A DNA stretch of 62,833 nucleotides, filler included, from Thermoplasmatota archaeon (GTDB taxonomy: Archaea; Thermoplasmatota; E2; JACPAO01; JAHFTW01), in assembly GCA_041623215.1 (NCBI GenBank). It is 17 parts of 17 records of this genome, joined end to end, with 100 filler letters (N's around TTAATTAATTAA, not from the genome) between each part and the next. Parts side by side here need not be neighbours in the genome. Positions count along the whole stretch, not along the records: positions 59,650 to 62,833 come from JBFJXH010000179.1; 16 more parts are not named here. One strand, given 5' to 3'. Under the pieces are notes generated by a model that worked only from the letters and a program-made list of their open reading frames with translations, did no database searches and was not told the DNA's origin. Of the stretch, positions 59,651 to 62,833 are shown piece after piece (the first letter of the stretch is position 1; each line of letters opens with the position of its first letter). The position numbers and the translations under genes were made by a program.

Positions 59651-62600
59651 ATGGAGGCGGATTTGGGGATTGATACGGTGAAGCAGGCGGAGTTGTTTGG
59701 TTTGATTCGCGAGGCGTATGAGGTGCCGCTTCAGGATGGCTTGCAAATCAAGGACTACCCGACGCTTCGCGCCGTCGCCGATTACATTGCATCGCAAGCG
59801 GAGGTAGGCTCCTCGCCAAGCGCCACCGCTGAGGTGCCAGTGGCCACCAGCGTCCCAAATCCCGCGCAAGCATCTGCCCCTGCCGTGGCCAGCGGCCCGT
59901 CCAATGTCGCAGCCGCTTCACCATCAGGTGATGGGGATATTTTGGCAACCGTCACGGCGCTGGTCGCTGACCAAACTGGCTACCCGGTCGAATTGCTGGA
60001 GCCGGACTTAGACATGGAGGCGGACTTAGGCATTGATACCGTCAAGCAGGCGGAACTGTTTGGGCAAGTGCGCGAGGCATTCGGGATTGCGCCCATAGAC
60101 GGCCTTCAACTGAAAGATTACCCGACGCTTCGAGCGGTGGCTGGCTTTGCCGCGCAACACCGGGCTGGCGGAGAAACCACAGCCCCGCTACAGGACGCGG
60201 AGGCACCTCGCACGCGCGCCGCTACGACGCCGGCATCCGACATTGTTCGCCGCATACCAGTTTGCCGGCCCGCCGCGACGCCCAACAGGGACAATGCCAT
60301 TTCCCCCGGTGTGATTTTGGCCGTCGGTGACTTTGACCGAGATTTCTTTGATGCCTGGAGCGAGGCTGGCTTTTCGGTGACGCAGCGTATTCGTGAAGGC
60401 GACGTGCTGGCGGGCATCATTTGCTTGGCGACGCGACCTGACGCGTCGTCGGCGTCGTCGCGAGCTGGCGCGCTCTTCGACGCCGCCAAGGCCCATCAGG
60501 ACAAGTTGGGCAAGGGGACGTTTGTGGCCATTGTCACCAGGCAGGACGGGGCACATGGTGTGTCGCCGGACGCGGCCATCCGCGACCCTGCAGCAGGGGC
60601 CGTGGCAGGGCTTGGCAAGGCCTTGGCGAAGGAACTGCCCGACGCAGTGGTCAAGGTTGTGGACCTTCATCCTGGCACGCCCGGAGCAGCCCAACTCGTC
60701 ATGAACGAAATTCTTCAAGGCGGAACCCGCACGGAGGTAGCTTTCGGCCAGGATGGCGACCGATTCGCCATCGATGTCATCGAGGAAGCAATTGCCCAAG
60801 CGGTCCCCGACGTGGCGGGCAAGAACCTCGTGGTTTCCGGTGGGGCTCAAGGCATTACCGTGGAATTGCTGCGCTCGCTGGCGCCGCAGCAGCCGCGCTT
60901 GCTGCTGCTGGGCCGGACGCCGCAACCGAACGAAGCAGCGACTTGGGCCACGTGGCAAGAGTCGGACTGGGCCGCCGAGCAAGAGCGTGTCATCGATTCA
61001 CTCAAGCAGGCGGGTGAACGCCCGACGCCGGTTGCCATCAACAAAGCTGTTGATGCCAAGCGCAAGGCGGCCGAGGTGTATCGCAACCTGAACGACTTGC
61101 AACGGGCCGGTGCACAGGTCTTGTACGCCCCGGTGGATGTCACGGACCCCGGCGCCGTTGCAGAGGCCGTTTCGTGGGCGCGTCAAGAATTTGGCCCCAT
61201 TGACGGCGTCCTGCATGCGGCCGGCGTGGAAATTAGCAAGGATTTGGCAAACAAGCCCCGTGACCAATTTGACATGGTTTTCGGCGTCAAGCATGCAGGC
61301 TGGCAGGCGTTGATGGCGGCAACGGCGGAGGACCCAATTACAGTCGTGGCCGCCTTCACGTCGGTAGCCGGACGATTTGGCAACTTAGGGCAAACCGATT
61401 ACGCGGCGGCCAATGAATTCCTTGCCAAGGCCGTCAAGGCCGAAGCCGCGCGGCGAACGTCGCAGGGCAGCCCCTGCGCCGGATTTACCATCGCGTGGGG
61501 GCCCTGGGGCGAAACCGGTATGGCGACCAAAGGCAGCATTCTCACCATCATGCGAGAGTCAGGCGTAACTCCCATTCCCACCGCCCATGGGGTCCGACAT
61601 TTCCTGGCCGAATGGGCCGCCGCCACGACCGCGCCGGGGCAAGTCTCGGAGGCCGTGGTTGCCGGTATGCTTGGCGACATCGACGCGGATGGGCAAATCG
61701 TGGCGCCGATGTCCGACGAGGCCACCCTGCCCGGCAAGGCCACGGACCAGGTGGCAGAGCTAGAGGCTAGGGTAGCCGCTGCGCCTGCGCGTTTCCGCTT
61801 GCTAGACCGTATTGTCGAGGCGGACATAGGCAAACGCATCGTGGCGGAGGTCGTAATCGACGCGGCCCGCGACCCCTACCTACGGGACCACAGTATTGAC
61901 GGTGTCCCGGTCTTCCCCGGCGTTTTTGGCGTGGAAGCGTTTGCCGAGGCGGCCACATTTTTGGCCGAGCGCGACACGCACGTGATTGGTGCTCGCGACG
62001 TCCGGTTCGTATCGCCCCTGAAACAACTCAAGGAAGCGCCCGTGGTAGCAAGGCTGGAGGCAACAGCGGTCCGCGCTGAAACGGACGCGGGGATGGATGT
62101 CGCTTGCCGTCTGACGACCCAGTTCATCGGGCCGGATGGAAAGCCGCACGGCGAGCCTCGATTGCACTTTGAAGCAACACTCGTGCTGGGTGAACCGTCG
62201 CCGCCAGACTTTGGCAAGGTCCCCGTCACGACGCGTGACCGCGATGCGTCCATGGTGTACGACCGCTTCTTCCATGGCCCATCCTTCCAAGTGATTGGCT
62301 TTGCCGGGCCCATTGAAGGGCACTCGGTCGGCCGCTTCCGGCGACCGGAGGAAGCTCACTTCGGTGCTGGTGAGGCGCTTTTCCTAACTCATCCAATGAT
62401 TCACGAGGCGTTGTTCCAGTTGGCGGGGCTTCACGCCATGGAACATGGCGGTGTCATGGCACTGCCAGCGGCCATTGGGCACTTGGAAATCCTTGAGCAG
62501 GAACGCCCCGAAGGTGAGGTGCGCCTGTCGGCGACCAGCCTTGGCAAGGATAGCGGCGGCTTGTGGCGTTATGACTTGGTGGCCATCAGTACCGATGGTC

Positions 62601-62833
62601 GCGTCATCACCCGCATGAAGGACTTCGCCTTGGTTGAAGCAGGCCCGGCGCCGATGCCCGGCGCCAAGCAGGATGGCTCTTTGGCCGCTTCGCCGGCCCT
62701 TGAAGGCACGGTGGCTGACCCCGACGCCGGCGAAGACGTGGATGTTCGCCTCACGGAGATTGGCGCGGCAGCACCGATTCCCGCGGGCGGCATTGCCTTG
62801 CCTGAAATTGACGGGGTGGTGCTAGCTGCGTGC
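59651..62833 (+). CDS. PUFA-synthase (PfaA)-like type I polyketide/fatty-acid synthase fragment: ACP-ACP-KR-DH, open at both ends (not in ORF track)
   Basis: 1061 codons with no stop. Two ACP units with MEADLGIDTVKQAELFG (the second preceded by TGYPVELLEPDLD) and an Ala/Pro/Ser linker. KR: VSGGAQGIT, HAAGVE, FTSVAGRFGNLGQTDYAAAN, WGPW. DH: DHSIDGVPVFPG, FHGPSFQ, HEALFQ. Confidence 0.92.
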   Translation, partial: MEADLGIDTVKQAELFGLIREAYEVPLQDGLQIKDYPTLRAVADYIASQAEVGSSPSATAEVPVATSVPNPAQASAPAVASGPSNVAAASPSGDGDILATVTALVADQTGYPVELLEPDLDMEADLGIDTVKQAELFGQVREAFGIAPIDGLQLKDYPTLRAVAGFAAQHRAGGETTAPLQDAEAPRTRAATTPASDIVRRIPVCRPAATPNRDNAISPGVILAVGDFDRDFFDAWSEAGFSVTQRIREGDVLAGIICLATRPDASSASSRAGALFDAAKAHQDKLGKGTFVAIVTRQDGAHGVSPDAAIRDPAAGAVAGLGKALAKELPDAVVKVVDLHPGTPGAAQLVMNEILQGGTRTEVAFGQDGDRFAIDVIEEAIAQAVPDVAGKNLVVSGGAQGITVELLRSLAPQQPRLLLLGRTPQPNEAATWATWQESDWAAEQERVIDSLKQAGERPTPVAINKAVDAKRKAAEVYRNLNDLQRAGAQVLYAPVDVTDPGAVAEAVSWARQEFGPIDGVLHAAGVEISKDLANKPRDQFDMVFGVKHAGWQALMAATAEDPITVVAAFTSVAGRFGNLGQTDYAAANEFLAKAVKAEAARRTSQGSPCAGFTIAWGPWGETGMATKGSILTIMRESGVTPIPTAHGVRHFLAEWAAATTAPGQVSEAVVAGMLGDIDADGQIVAPMSDEATLPGKATDQVAELEARVAAAPARFRLLDRIVEADIGKRIVAEVVIDAARDPYLRDHSIDGVPVFPGVFGVEAFAEAATFLAERDTHVIGARDVRFVSPLKQLKEAPVVARLEATAVRAETDAGMDVACRLTTQFIGPDGKPHGEPRLHFEATLVLGEPSPPDFGKVPVTTRDRDASMVYDRFFHGPSFQVIGFAGPIEGHSVGRFRRPEEAHFGAGEALFLTHPMIHEALFQLAGLHAMEHGGVMALPAAIGHLEILEQERPEGEVRLSATSLGKDSGGLWRYDLVAISTDGRVITRMKDFALVEAGPAPMPGAKQDGSLAASPALEGTVADPDAGEDVDVRLTEIGAAAPIPAGGIALPEIDGVVLAAC

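Noticed and set aside
60118..62825. Many short ORFs listed over the last contig
   Set aside because: All are alternative-frame shadows of the single PKS frame starting at 59651, which the track omitted because it has no stop in the window.
56879..62833. MMPL transporter next to the PKS as a biosynthetic gene cluster
   Set aside because: They are separated by purM and a contig spacer, and contigs are ordered by length, so the proximity is not evidence of linkage.

Overview
This window is not one locus. It is 17 short contigs (about 3.2-4.0 kb, in descending length order) joined by artificial 100-nt spacers (44 N + TTAATTAATTAA + 44 N), as expected for a fragmented, GC-rich metagenome-assembled genome. 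Gene adjacency is meaningful only within a contig. Marker genes point to an archaeon, most likely Thermoplasmatota. They include dph2, pcc1 in a DHH-pcc1-serS cluster, aMBF1, type II MetAP, archaeal-type FtsZ2, a TtuA/Ncs6 thiolase, a COG1340-like coiled-coil protein, an archaeal-type GGPP synthase, Tpt1/KptA, CCA-less tRNA-Thr(GGT) and tRNA-Cys(GCA), and TATA-like boxes about 25-30 nt before start codons. Other housekeeping genes are purB, purM, glmS, hisS, argS, dnaK, hsp20, trxB, uvrC and copA. There are many secreted, lipoprotein or C-terminally anchored surface proteins and proteases. The most striking item is missing from the ORF track: an uninterrupted 1061-codon frame (59651 to the window end) encoding part of a PUFA-synthase/PfaA-like type I PKS (ACP-ACP-KR-DH). 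Both of its ACP domains carry Thr instead of the canonical phosphopantetheine-accepting Ser (LGIDTVKQ). The same bin holds a bacterial-type FabI enoyl-ACP reductase in an archaeal gene context, an acyl-CoA synthetase, a hotdog thioesterase and an MMPL transporter. Together these suggest a possible ACP-based fatty-acyl/polyketide pathway in an archaeon, with the caveat that the PKS contig could be mis-binned. All calls rest on motifs recognised by eye; no database searches were run.
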